A stretch of 64,000 bases of DNA from Marsupella aquatica (taxonomy: Eukaryota; Plantae; Marchantiophyta): positions 19,843,224-19,907,223 of the forward strand of contig OZ316897.1 in NCBI GenBank assembly GCA_973895155.1. Direction: 5' to 3'. Within the stretch, counting starts at the first letter, position 1, and the number at the start of each line of letters is the position of its first letter. The position numbers and the translations under genes are program-made. Positions 27,338 through 40,414 of this stretch are shown here, piece after piece. The notes under the pieces were generated by a model. That model had not been told where the DNA came from. It saw only the letters and a list, made by a program, of their open reading frames with translations, and did not search any database.

Positions 27338-28149
27338 CTAGATGAGTTTTAGCTAAGGTTCTCTTCGGTGCTTGAGTCAGTTAGGCAGTGACACTCTTAC
27401 TGTTCGTTTACTTGTCAGTGCCACTCTCGTTTCCTCCCGTTGTGATTTTAGTGCAGCGGGACAACGATGAGACTAGGAGGACAGAGCCTGAGTGGGTCTT
27501 TCCTTGCCACATATGTACCTGTTCGAGCCTCCTGTGGGAGCATTATGAATTGAAAACTTCATCTTTGAATCATGTCCATTGTTTCTCATGTCCACTGTTT
27601 CTCATGTCCACTATTTCTTTGGTATTCTTTCTTGTGTTCTTTTGTGTGTGTCTAGGGTTTAGGTTATGCACTTGCAAGACACACCGAATGATTACCCTAG
27701 GGACATAGGTAATTTACAAGCATAGCAGCCCATCCACTACAAGGAGATTTGGTTCCCTACTAAATATGGGACAAATACCTTACCATGAATCGCTTTGATA
27801 AGAGGGGAATGAATTCCCAACTCATCTTCTGGAAATTACCCCCAATAGTAAGGGGGCGGGGAGCATGAGGTACGTTGGGGTTAATTTCCCTACTTACCCG
27901 CTATATTCCCCTCTTTCAAACTCCTAACCTTGCAGATCTTCCTTGTGGTTGAGGAGCATGCAGAGAATGGACCCTGAGATGCATCTCTTGTAAAAGTCTA
28001 TAATATATATGAACCAAAAATTTGGCTATTAAAAATAATTATGAAAAGTGGATTGCTTGAGTTGAGGGGTACAAGAGTTAAGTAGAATGACTAAAATGAA
28101 ACCTAACATAGTCAGTTGGATAGTGTTGAGGATTGACAACATTAAAATG

Positions 28150-28560
28150 GCATGCCCATTACCATCTAACTATCAAGTAGTTGACACAGATAGATACGTG
28201 GTTCACCTCCACATGAAGCTACATCCAGGAACACACAAGAACTGCTCTAGACCAACCATCCATATCAAGCATCCAGAACACAAGCTCTCCCTATCTCTCA
28301 ACTGGCTCTATAACAATGTCTGAGTTTCCTCTATCCAAACAAAGACCGCTTTCCATAGGATATAGTGTGTGCACGTCATGACTAGTAACCTAACCTAGTT
28401 TGCGACTAAAGTTAGCCCTAAACTACAATACAGTCGTAACTCTAGACCTTAGAGTTAATCCTAACAGACATGTAAGGTCACTATAAGGAATTAAAGATTT
28501 GCCTTAAATAAAGGAAAGTTGCATACCCGCTACAATGGATAGAACTATCAAGCAATAACT
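28150..28560. mobile_element. LTR-like fragment, diverged relative of 12590-13170
   Basis: Direct similarity to 12640-12790. Confidence 0.45.
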
Positions 28561-29304
28561 ATTTAATTAAGTATATATAATCACATTCAATTGAAATCTA
28601 CTCCTTGGCTTCCTATCTAGAGTGGCTTACCATCTAGACTGAAGCCTATGTTAAGTAGTGGTTCTAAGGACATCATTGAAAAGGAGAGTGCGAAGGGATG
28701 GGGGTAGACTGGACTCTAAGGGCATAAAGTGGGGTGCCAACAGAAACCAGGGATGGGGGTAACTTAGATGAAATCAATGAGAAATACTAAGCACTTTGTC
28801 ACATCATTCTAGGTAGTGTTAGAGTGTATCGTACTATCTAGATCCGTATGTTTGGTATGTGTGTTATATGAGCCTATAAGGTTCCATCAGGTTTGTGTGA
28901 GAGGGTACTTCTTTCTTGTGAGGCATTGAAAGGTGGCTATGGTGGCTATGAGCTCTACTTGTGTAACGTGGATTCCTTGAGTAGTGCAAGGTGCGTCGGC
29001 TTGACATACATGTGTGATCGGATCGGTGCGGGATCGATGGGGTATTGTGGACCGGGATCGTTGTGCCGATTGTATTGAGATTACATTGTGGGTTTTGGAC
29101 ATGTGTGGACATGAGTTCCACTTGTATTCCATTCTCTTGTGTTTGTGATGTGGCAGTGTGACTATGTTTGGATGTATGTTACAAGCGTTGTATGTTGTGT
29201 AGCGATGTGTATGCACACGACAACTTTCATTTTTGTAATTGTGAATGTTTTTGCCCTTGACCTCTATATATATTGTGTTCAAGGAAATCAGGCTTTAGTA
29301 TACT

Positions 29305-30270
29305 ACTAGCTCAGTGCTCGTGCAATGCCCAAAAGATGTCATATTGGTCAAGATGTCGTGTCGGCAAAGATTTGGTTGAGAAAAAGATGTCGTGTCAGTC
29401 AAGAGGTCATTGAGAAAAAAGATGTTGTGTTGGCCAAGAGGTAGTTGAGAAAAAAATTGTCATGTCGGCCAAGACGTCATTGAGAAAAAGGACGTCATGT
29501 TGTCCAAGACATCATTGAGAAAAAATAAGTTGTGTTGGCAAAGATGTCATTGAGAGAAAAGATGTCATGTTTGTCAAGACGTTGATGACGGAATATACGG
29601 TCCGTGCGTTGCACAAAAGATATAGTATCACCCAAGATGTTGTTATGTGAAAGATGTTGCAAAGTAAAAAATCAAGGAGGGAAGGAGCGAGTCGACAAAG
29701 AGTCAAGGTTGTCGCATCTTGATGCTGTTGTCACAACATGTATCCAAGGGGCGGCATGGTTTTTTGGTCTTATTCCTTTGTTGTTGTCATTTTCTTGTTT
29801 TGTTTTGTTTTTTTACCCCAAATGCCCCTGCATTTGAATGGCAAACACTTTATAAATTGACCCAACGTTATATCATAGGTTTTGGGTTTAGGGTTTTAGG
29901 GTTTTAGGGTTTAGCATTATGTCGCTGTCCTTTCAATCCCTGTGCGTTGCATAAAAGATGTTGTTTGGCCTCGGGGGCCTCAATCCAAGGGGTGTCCCAT
30001 ATCACGCTCAAAGTTTTGGGGGAATAAACACCCTAAAAGTTAAGTCAATAAAGTTTTTTTAGGAATTTTTTAACCCCTAACTTAATGGAATATTCCAAGA
30101 ATATTCCCATATTTGATTTAAAAAACCCTATGATTCTTATAATTCTCAAAATTGGATTAAAATAACCCTAATGTTCTTCAACAAAAATTTAAAAGTATTT
30201 CACTAAACCCAATAAAAAACCCTATATTTATTCGCGCGTGATGGGTTGGAAGAAAAGAAGTGAGGACCCC
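29305..30270 (-). mobile_element. Possible Helitron-like non-autonomous element with ~40-bp tandem array and telomere-like tract
   Basis: actag followed by the degenerate hairpin gctcgtgcaatgc at 29305-29330, with further ccgtgcgttgcac-type hairpins at about 29602 and 29940. Array of aaagatgtcgtgtcggccaagacgtcattgagaaa units, and (TTTAGGG)-like tract at 29881-29914. Confidence 0.4.
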
Positions 30271-31842
30271 GGGTGTTTGGCTAAAGCTGCGGATGAGAAA
30301 TAGATCACGGTGCAAAAGATATCATTGAATAATAAAAGTTATTTGTTCAAACATATTACTACACAAAACCTTTTGTTAATTGAAAGATATCATTGTGCAA
30401 AACACTGGCTATGGCAACCACAAAAGTTCCCTTTTCTTTTTCTCTTTTTCTCTTTTTTCTCCTTGCACAAAAAATATTTCTTGAATAAAAGACGTCATTG
30501 CACAATGACAACCACAAAGGTATATCAAAATGAGAGGTTTTTTTTTCTCCTCTTTCCTCCTTTTGTTCCTTTTTAACCTTTTTTCTCTTATGTTCCTTCT
30601 AAACCTTAACCTCCCCCTTTGCCCTATATATTTCACTATTTTTGGTCTTCTCTTTTCTCATTCATCATCACTCCGCTCGATTGCTCGTCGGGCCCCACTC
30701 CCCACCCATGCGAGACTGGATCCCTTTGAGGGGCTGCCCTCCCGGGCTGCCCTACATTGCGAGTGTGCCCCTCACCCGACACCTTGCCATCAACGCCCGT
30801 GCCATGCGCTTCTCTATGTCTTTAGGCCTTATTACTTTTGTTTTTTGGCATTGAAAATGATTGCTGCAACTGACTGTAAAAATCACCACAAATATTGGGA
30901 TAACAGTTTTATTGATTAGTGTATGCAATACTAGATTGACTAAAATATTATTAGCAATTAAACTACTTTGACTTACCAGTATTATACAAAATTATGCTGC
31001 ACACCATTATTATACAAAATTATGTTGCACACAATATTGAATATATACAATACTTTCTTGCATGGATCATGGAGGGAGTATCCTCCTTGATCCTCCTGCA
31101 TTGTGTTAAAGTCTTTCACTTTTTTGTTGCTGTCTAGTGTGATTCTTTCTTGCTTGTCTTGGACAACATTTGGTGCAACTTTTTGTGAGTCACACTAAAC
31201 TCAATTCACACTAAATGGCTTTATTACTTACCTTTGACCATATTTTTCAATTTTTGTGCCCTGCAAATTTGAATAAGGAACACTCTAAAAAGAGGCGTAA
31301 CCTTGTATTATACTCTTTAATATACTTAGACACAGCGTCAGCTGGAACTTGCAGCAGAAAACGCCAGCTCAGCAACCATACTCCTAAATACATTATATCT
31401 CTAAGCTAGCCCCAACGGCTACTGTCCATATGCATTACTGTTTCCTGGAGGGGTATAACTAAACGTGCTATCGTTCCCTTTAAGGAAGAGACCTACCCAC
31501 TTCTGCCACCTGTCAAACTCTTCAATGCTGGAGCCGCAGGGTTTGAGATCGTGCTTCAAGGTAGGTTTCTGGACTAGCAACAATTCATAGCTGGCATGGC
31601 ATCACGTGAGTGGATAATAGACTTGCCAAGGATGTTTCATGCGGGAGCTGGTCAGGAACATACCTTGATGTTACCCAAGAATGCAACTTCAAGTTCAATG
31701 CAATAGCACCTCGTTCACTATTATGAAATGCCAAGAGAGATTCATCAGCTCTCCTTTCCTGCACTAGCTTGTGGAACATTATAAAAAAAAGCATGTGTCT
31801 TAAAAGAAAATGAGATTACACTAAAACAAAAACAAAGGAATA

Positions 31843-31900
31843 AATTTGTCCAGAATGCTTCGAATTTGTCCAGAATGCTTCGAATTTGTCCAGAATGCTT
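31843..31900. repeat. 20-bp tandem repeat x3
   Basis: aatttgtccagaatgcttcg x3. Confidence 0.9.
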
Positions 31901-32219
31901 TTTCTCGTCGTTGCAGTAGCACCTCGGCAAAATATCCCAGCGTGCAAAGTGTTTGCAAGGTATCCTTATGTAAGTTTGGCAGGAGGATTGTATCTCCCTT
32001 TCAACAAGAGAATATTACCACGTACTGTTACCACATACTAGTATATATATATGTGGAATGGCGCGCAGGTCCGGAGACACCATGCATAGTATTAATACAA
32101 AATGGAATTGACCCAAAACTTCGCCGGAGTTGCCTTATTAGTCAATGATCTACCCTAAACCATTTCATCTGGGGTAATCCTTGAATTATTGATGATCCGG
32201 AAGCGTCACTGCACTCTTA

Positions 32220-33365
32220 GGGCAGTGTCTGCTGTGTAGGTTGTGCCGTGGAGCTCTACATTTATACTACCAAATCTGCGTTCTCCACGGTGGTGACCAC
32301 CTTGTTGATTCTGCCTAGCAAAAATCCAGCCATTGAGGTTGGATATTGCCCTCGTCCAGGTCTGCCCTCGCGCCTGCCACCTTGTTCATTATCTCGAACA
32401 ACCGGGAAGTCGGAATTTGTATCTAGTCCTCCTCCAGGCCTGTAGATCGCAAGCATCTGTTCCTGGTGGCCACTTCTGGTGGCCACTGGAGTTTGAAGAC
32501 TTCTTTTGGGCCTACCTACCACTCTTTCTCTTCAACCCTTTTCCCATTCAAGGCTTCCGACGGTCCTGGTCGCGTCGTCACTGTTTTTAATTAATTGGAA
32601 TTGAAAAATCCAAAACACTTGGACTTCCCCTCACTGTCCCGCATCACGTACAACGGCACTGTTATTGTCGCCGAAAACAGCAATGCTATTCCTTATTAGC
32701 TCGATCCTGATCGATCGGTGATAAATTCGGCAATGTTTTAAACAAACACATTGCTGAACTTGGAACCTGCACCATAGTTATCGATCCCTTTTTTGCCGAC
32801 TAACAAAGGGTCCAACAAATACCTGCTTGTTGTTCAAGAGCATGCCGTCAACTATAGCGATGGCACTCTCTGCTGCCTTTTGCTGCTTAAACTGCACAAA
32901 GCCGTAACCCTTGGACTGTCCGGAGCCATCTGTTGCAACCTTGCAGGAAAGGATGGACCCAAACATGGAGAACGCGTCTGACAGTGCTTTACTGTCGATA
33001 GACTTTTCCAAATTCTTAACAAAAATATTGGCAATTCCACTTTTCCGTCCACTAGGGTCACGGTGTGAAATCATAATTCGAATGGGCTTCCCATTCACCA
33101 AAGCAAAGTTCAGGACCTCCAAGGCTGCTGCAGCATCTTGAGCGTTTATATAATTTACATAGGCATACCCACGAGAACACCCAGTAATGCGATCACGACA
33201 AATGCGAATTGAGGCCACCTGACCAAGTTGGCTGAAAATCTCATAAAGCTGATGCTCTGATACATTCGATTCCAAATCACCAACATAAAGGGAGGCTGCC
33301 TGCTGCTGCATTTTAGCTTCAATTTGAGACGTCTTCTTTTGCTTCCTCTTCTCTCTGACGGACAC
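32220..33365 (-). pseudogene. PAB: Intronless poly(A)-binding protein (PABPC)-derived gene: RRM1+RRM2 open (32778-33365), RRM3 remnant frameshifted
   Basis: [59 protein letters not shown]. Downstream GSKFSNVFV* and SAVV..D..G...FGFFN remnants are out of frame. Confidence 0.85.
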
Positions 33366-34659
33366 TAATTAGTCCTGGACCTGATTGTATATACGATTTG
33401 TAGATCCCGAGTTTCAAGACATTCACAGCTCCCTTACATGCACGCCAAAAAGTCAAAACATGCTTGAGTAACACGATAATCACGCTCCCTTTCCGTTCCT
33501 ATTCTGTTCCTGCTTTGCCCTTCCCCCTTCTAATAAGTACGTACAAGTCCTGGCCAATCTCTTTTTGGCAAGGCCACTTTTCACTGTCCAGCTATTGGCT
33601 ATCGACCTTAGGATGAAGTGCTACCAGAGTCCTCAAGGCAATTGCGCGAAAGAAAGAGAATGGATTGTTGAGAGAAATGAAAGACGAGAATGGGCAAAAG
33701 GTCCTTATATTCTTCTCCAGAGGTGATCGACAGCTAGCTAGAAATTAATGTCGCAGATAACAACTATGCAACACTGACTGATAACCCTCTGTCATCTATA
33801 GCCAACTGTAGGATGACTAGCAGAAGCATATATTTCGTCCAGTGCACTGTCAGTATCACTTCTTGTCATCTGTCACATTTAGTTTCTAGCAGAAGCATTT
33901 GATCCTGTGGACAGTCAGTATCACTTCTTGTCATCTGTTTCATTCAATTTCTAGCTAGCTTCCAGCTCTGGAGATGTACGTATATAAGTTGTCTTCTGGC
34001 AGTCTTCTGCCCATACTGATCTCATTGTCATCGATCTCCCTATCCCGTTGTCTCGTTTTCTCTCGATCGCTCGATCAATTGCCTGATGTGGCTAGCACTT
34101 CTTCAAAAGGTCGATAGCCAGAGAACAGTGAAACCCTGAATTGCAAGACAGATCGAGATTGGGAAGGACGTTTATCTTCAGATTAAAGTCTCGAATCAGA
34201 AGGGCAGGCGAAAGGTAATTAACGTTATTCAGTTAACGAAATTTGACTCTGTCAGTCCGGACCATTTCACTACCGAAGTCAGTCTTCCATAGGACATCCG
34301 AGTGGGAACGACCAAATTCGAAACTGAATTCCCAATCCTCTAAAGACAACTAGAATCTTGATTCTATGAATGAATGTTTAAGGGAAACGGGGGTCCCACA
34401 TATATACCCGCTGAGTGACAATCGTTCAAGATACATCAAAGGGTAGAAGACAAAGACCTAAAGATCTACGGTAAAGGCTAATTGCGTACATACTACGAAC
34501 TAGTGAATCATGACAATAGACACCCGGATAATAAGGCGTGATATCCGGGGAGTGGACTCAGATACATGTCTGAGTACAATCATGTATTCACACTTAGAGG
34601 CGCATGATACTTTGCACAATAGTCATGGGCCAAAGTAACAACATCCTCGTTTATACTAC

Positions 34660-35711
34660 GAGGGTGAGTTTGATCTCATCAACTCTGATAAGTACTAGAA
34701 TATATGTAGGCTACGACGGTGAGTTCGGTCTCATCAATTGTCTCTGGACATAGGTTCGATCTTAAGGTTAATCGTTGGTGCAATAGCTGGAAATTGGACC
34801 GTTGTGACAGTTATCTTGAATAGATCTGTAAGTATCAATCTAGGCCAAATGTTTACAGCAACAAGAGTCACAGTGTAGATTGAGGGACTCAGACCAGCCA
34901 GTATGAGATAGTATGGAATTATTTTCCCGGCCAGTGTTTTCATTCCAATCGTTGAAGTCAGTCGCAACAGAACTTCTCTGCGCACATGATTTTTATTCTT
35001 AATTCCCAAGAGTATATTTAACTTCGTCAATCTCCACGGTAGTTCTGCGAAAATTCTTCACTGTGTAATGGACTGTGCAAAGAAAAGTTCAAAAGAAGAG
35101 CTCTAGTGCTCGACAAACCCTACGTAGAAGCGAAAGCAACATCGGGTGCATAGCAATCAGCGATTACAAGAATCATAGTTACGAGACAAAAGATAATCTT
35201 TCGAGACGGTTTTGAAAATTTATGTACACTTTGACCGATTGAAGTTGATGATTTGTCATCAAGATTGCTCCAAAACTCTAAGCAAGTATCATGTTTTTGA
35301 GTGAGACTCTAAAAACAAACTATCGACTACCTTATCGGCTCTCTATGAAAAAAGTAATGTAGCCACAAGCAACCAGAGGATGTGCAAGATAGTCATGTGA
35401 GCTAAGTACAGAAACCTGCATCCTCAGGAAAGGCCAAATGATCCTTGTCCCTCTCTTACGGCGAACATCAATCTATCTCGCATGACCTCCTTGCAAGAAT
35501 ATGGAGGCAACTTCAGGTAATTTGCACACGTCATGACACTAGGCAAATCTCCATCGGCTAGAGTGGTCTCACAACTTGGTCCTGTAGCTCCAGCACCCTA
35601 AACTGCCAACGCCAGAAAAAATTCGCAGGTGACTGACAGATGACTAGCTCCTTTCCTGCATGGGAACTAACTGTCAACTGACTATGATTACTTTTCTCTC
35701 TCCTCTTCTAT
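34660..35711 (-). pseudogene. Internally deleted copy of the UPL3-like locus
   Basis: 34660-35596 matches about 4455-5315, including the last ~57 HECT codons. It then jumps to sequence matching 9736-9845 upstream of the gene. Confidence 0.88.
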
Positions 35712-37260
35712 CAGTTTAGACCCAGAAGTAGACCCAGTAGTAGGGTTCTAAGTGGTAATTAAAGCATTTCTGCCTTGGAGGGGTTGCCAAGAGGGGTCGG
35801 CAACAAGCCATGCACTAACTAAGGGGGCATATAAGAGAATAACTTGCAGGAGGCCCCAACAGTCTGAAGCACAAAGCTGGAAGAAGGGCTCAAATACATA
35901 AACCATAGAAAACATTAAACAGACATGATTGTTTTTGGCTAATATTAATCAACCATTGTCATGTTTGGACTCATTCTGAAGCCCTAGGTGAGCCCCATCC
36001 AAAGCCTGAGTTATCCAATTAAGTTAGGGTCCTTACCAAATTATGTGACTGTTGAGAGAAACTTAATTTGGTGCCTGAAACGGGGCCTGAAATCAACACG
36101 AGCCATATGATCTCAACTATCCTTAAATACTTTTATTATAGCTATCGCTTAATCATAACCTTAATTAAATAGCTCGAACTGATTGTTAAATATGCTAGCC
36201 AAACCTATTGTTCATTTTGTAGAAAGATTCACATAAATTTCTAATAAAACAGAGAATTAGGTATGTACCTCATGCTAGTGGCCCCATAAAAACCACACAT
36301 GGACAATATATGTGGTCACTACAAAAGCTGCAAGCATCTTCTACCAGCTGAAAGCTATGCTCCACAAAATTCAGATTTGTAGATGAGGAGGGACACATAT
36401 ATTTTGCTACCCGTAGATAGCCAATGGGTCATTTGATTGATCACATGTTGAAAAACTGTAGACCGGATGTTGACTTCATTTTATTTGGTTACACTCCTAT
36501 GTTGTTGACTATACTTGAATAGTGGACCTTGGAACATTCAGGGCATGTCATTCTGAGACTGAGAATCATGATTCTTTGATTTGGTAGCACAATTACCTTC
36601 CACTTATCGATCTACCCTTTCTTGGGCATCCTGAAGTGTGACACTAAAAGAATAACCTGTTATCATGTTTTTGCTTTTTTTGTCTGTTCATTATGGTCCA
36701 TTCATTTGGGATTAATTTTTCATTCTTCACCTCCTCCTTGGGGGTCTCAGATCATGCTCAACGCGGGGGTCTACCTTTTTAGCTATTCAACACCCTGAAA
36801 AATAATTTTAAAAAAGTTATTTTCAATTATATATTTTCTTGTTATGTTTTTTGGAATATTCTAAAAACTCAGCCCGGGCCTCAATCCAAGGGGTGTCCCA
36901 TATCACCCGCAAAGTTTTGTGGGAATAAACTCCCTAATACTTAAGTCAATAAAGTTTTTTGAGTATTTTTTACCTCTAACTTAATGGATTATTCTTGGAA
37001 TATTCTCAAATTTGGTTTTAAAAAACACTATGATTCTTATAATTCTCAAAACTGGATTAAAAAAACCCTGGCTAATGTTCTTTAAAAAATGATTGAAAAG
37101 TTTTTCACTATACCCAATAAAAGAAACCTTTATCTATTTGTGTGTGATGGGTTGGACCTGGGGTACTATTCCCAAATTTCATTTCTAAAAACACTATATT
37201 TTCTTATAGTTCTTAAAATTGGATTTTCAAAGTTCTAATGTTCTTCTACAAAATTACAAA

Positions 37261-38080
37261 CATGCTTGAGTAACACGATAATCACGCTCCCTTTCCGTTC
37301 CTATTCTGTTCCTGCTTTGCCCTTCCCCTTCTAATACGTACAAGTCCTGTCCAATCTCTTTTTGGCAAGGCCGCGTTTCACTGTCCAACATTGGCTGTCG
37401 ACCTTAGGATGAAGTGCTACCAGAGTCCTCGAGGCAATTGCGCGAAAGAAAGAGAATGGATTGTTGAGAGAAATGAAAGACCAGGATGGGCAAAAGCTCC
37501 TTATATTCTTCTCCAGAGGTGATCGACAGCTAGCTAGAAATTAATGTCGCAGATGACAACTATGCAACACTGACTGATAACCCTCTGTCTTCTATAGCCA
37601 CCTGTAGGATGACTAGCAGAAGCATATATTTGGTCCTGTGCACAGTCAGTATCACTTCTTGTCATCTGTCAAATTTAGTTTGTAGCAGAACCATTTGGTC
37701 CTGGGGACAGTCAGTATCACTTCTTGTCATTTGTCAAATTTAGTTTTTAGCAGAACCATTTGGTCCTGTGGACAGTCAGTATCACTTCTTGTCATCTGTC
37801 TCATTTAGTTTCTAGCTAGCTTCCAGACCTGGAGATGTATATAAGTTTTCTTCTGCCAGTCTTCTGCCCATATTGATCTCATTTTCATCGATCTCTATCC
37901 CATTGTCTCGTTTTCTCTCGATCGCTCAATTGCCTGATGTGGCTAGCACTTCTTCAGAAGGTCGATAGGCAGAGGTTGAACAGTGAAAACCTGAATTGCA
38001 AGACAGATCGAGATTGGGACGTTTATCTTCAGATTAAAGTCTCGAATCAGAAGGGCCGGCGAAAGGTAATTAAAATTATT
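37261..38080 (+). repeat. Direct duplicate of 33459-34232 (upstream region of PABP copy 1), with an inverted homolog at about 45380-45900
   Basis: Both start catgcttgagtaacacgataatcacgctccc and run to gaaaggtaattaa. The internal ~62-bp tandem unit has 2 copies in one and 3 in the other. Confidence 0.9.
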
Positions 38081-38423
38081 CAGTTCATGTTCTTAATTCT
38101 CGATCGTTGTATGAGCAATGGAGTTGAAATTAATGGTGAGCTCCAGGGATGTGTATTCCGTAATATGCTAATGAACTGGGGTGACACAAAGCCCCTAACG
38201 AGGTCGGTAGTTAACTAAGTCAAGGTGCTGACAGGAGAGCTAGCTATATAGTTGCGAAATGGACGTTCTCAGAATCTGATTATGATCGATCAAAGAGACA
38301 TGCATAAGTGGCTAGCTACCGTAGTTACACTTCCTGTAGGATATTGAGTTTAATTATTTTCCATGATTCAGATGTGCCTGGAGCAAATTGACGAGCTAGC
38401 TGGAAACATTTCAACAGTCTAAT

Positions 38424-40385
38424 ATGGGCCATCAGCTTTCGGACATTCAAACTACGAGATCCTCCGGGTTATTGAAGAGGCCTGCAAAACAACCCCCTGA
38501 AATGGTTGAAGGAGGTGGATGTATTTCGCCAATATGGGAACAAATTGTGTCAGTTTTTAGGGGTTCTAAAAAGCATGACCAAGTAAGTGTACGTAGCCCT
38601 AGCTCAATCTACCTAATGTGCTTGATATGCTTGATAAGAAACCATGCATACGTACCTGACCAGCGTGTTAATTATACTCATCAACATTTTAACTTATTTA
38701 CCATCGCGCGGTACTAAATATCTGTACAAAAAAATTTAATGTCGTTTCTACGAAAATTCTAGTCATCTGCTTTCAATGCATGCTGTGATCCGATTCTTGT
38801 AGATTCTGATCTGGAAGAATTTTGGTATCTTGTGACGTTGTTTTTGGTGTTACGAACTGAAAGACGGGGAGGGGGCAGAGATCACATTTCTTTACACATT
38901 TAAACACTGGGGTGTCTCCTATCCCTTAACAAATAAATCGACCACTCTAATATATAATTGACAAAATGCAGGATGAAGCGTCCAGGGGGGGCGCCGCTGT
39001 GATACTGTCAGGTTTCAAAGGTGTCTTCTATCACCGCCCAAGTGACAGATGGAAGGCAATTGTCTGGTGAGCAATAGTTTACACTAGAAGAGGCTGTCTG
39101 GACGTTTGCATGTTTTTGGAAAAGACAGTTTTGCGATTGGGATAGAATAGATATTTTGGCAGGTGTCTGACGAGTTGATTAGTAAGCTAAGCGATCAACC
39201 TTGGACAAGTGATTTCGTGCACTTGATAGAGGCATAAAAAATGCCTTGATCACATTTCTTCTAATTGCCTTGGATGCTAAGATTGAAGAGATGTCATGCA
39301 CAAAGATCGAAGGCTAGATGTCCCTGGCCATTAATTTTTCTGTTCCCGATGGGTTTTATCTGCTTATTACATATGCTGAAGTACAATTATAGTAGAGTAT
39401 TGCTATTTAAATCTTGATATGATTTTAAATGAGATATATAGCTGTAAATTCTGGTTTTGACAAGCAAATGTTTTGGAACTGTATTTACAGGGACGACAAA
39501 GAGAAGAAAAATTTGGATCTAGGTGCTCACTTCTCCTTCTGTTTATGAGAGTGGATCATAACTGCAGAAGTTATATTTTCAGCAAGCTTGAGGACAGAAT
39601 TGTTTAGCAACGTTAACTTACACTCTTGTGAAAAAATATTGGGAATCAACTCCCTGATGCTAACTTTGAGTTGTCTCGTGTATAACAGGTTCCTTTTTTA
39701 CGCCTACTCAAGCAGCAAGGTCATATATGCCTGCACTGTTTGCCTCACAAATACTTCTTGGTCTGTTTGATGGAACGGCCTTGAAGATGTCTTTTGTTTC
39801 TTTCCAATATCACTGCAATTATGCAGCTTCGATCATGTATGAGATGCTGCAAGGCTGTGCAGCTTGATATCTATCATATGTAATATGCTGCAAAAAGCCG
39901 TGCAACCTGACTGCAAGAGTCAAGTATTGAATTATTTCCTAGCTTCTCTGGTAAAACGATATATCTAACATCTGAGTTTCTTCTTATAACAGGGCCTATG
40001 ATAGAGTTGTAATAAATGGTACTAGCATGGTAAATTTTCAAAAAGGAACGTCCCCAGTGCTAAATTTTGAACGAGCCGACTACTCAAGGGAAATGAAACA
40101 GGTGAAACGCTTTTAACTTGTGTACTTAGGTAGGAGCTATTTACCCATCATCTGACCGCAAGGCTAGTTAGAAATAGAAACAACTGAGTGAGCTATCCCT
40201 TAAGCAACACAGATCGTTTCTTACAAAAGTATTTCTTAACTGATCGAAATCTTGATGATTATTTCTATCTGAAATTTTTCCTACAGTTAATGGAGACATC
40301 CCAAGAGCGATTGGTACTTCTTATACGGAAGCAGAGTGCTGGAGCAGGGAGACCACAACCTGATTACTCATGCACGTCTTTGTAG
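38424..40385 (+). CDS. Divergent euAP2-type single AP2-domain transcription factor. Exons approx. 38424-38582, 38972-39066, 39491-39522, 39689-39719, 39993-40101, 40287-40385
   Basis: Spliced: SGFKGVFYHRPSDRWKAIVW|DDKEKKNLDLG|SFFTPTQAAR|AYDRVVI...LNFERADYSREMKQ|LMETSQERLVLLIRKQSAG. This parallels euAP2 R1 plus linker, with matching intron positions including the 31-bp exon. The 5' exon is less certain. Confidence 0.8.
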
Positions 40386-40414
40386 GTCTCTCAATCATGG
40401 CCTGGGTAGCTGAT

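Noticed and set aside
12590-28560. A single intact LTR retrotransposon bounded by the two LTR-like blocks
   Set aside because: The blocks are strongly diverged, and no gag/pol, PBS, PPT or TSD was seen.
29330-29660. ~40-bp periodic array as CRISPR
   Set aside because: Units are adjacent diverged copies with no spacers.
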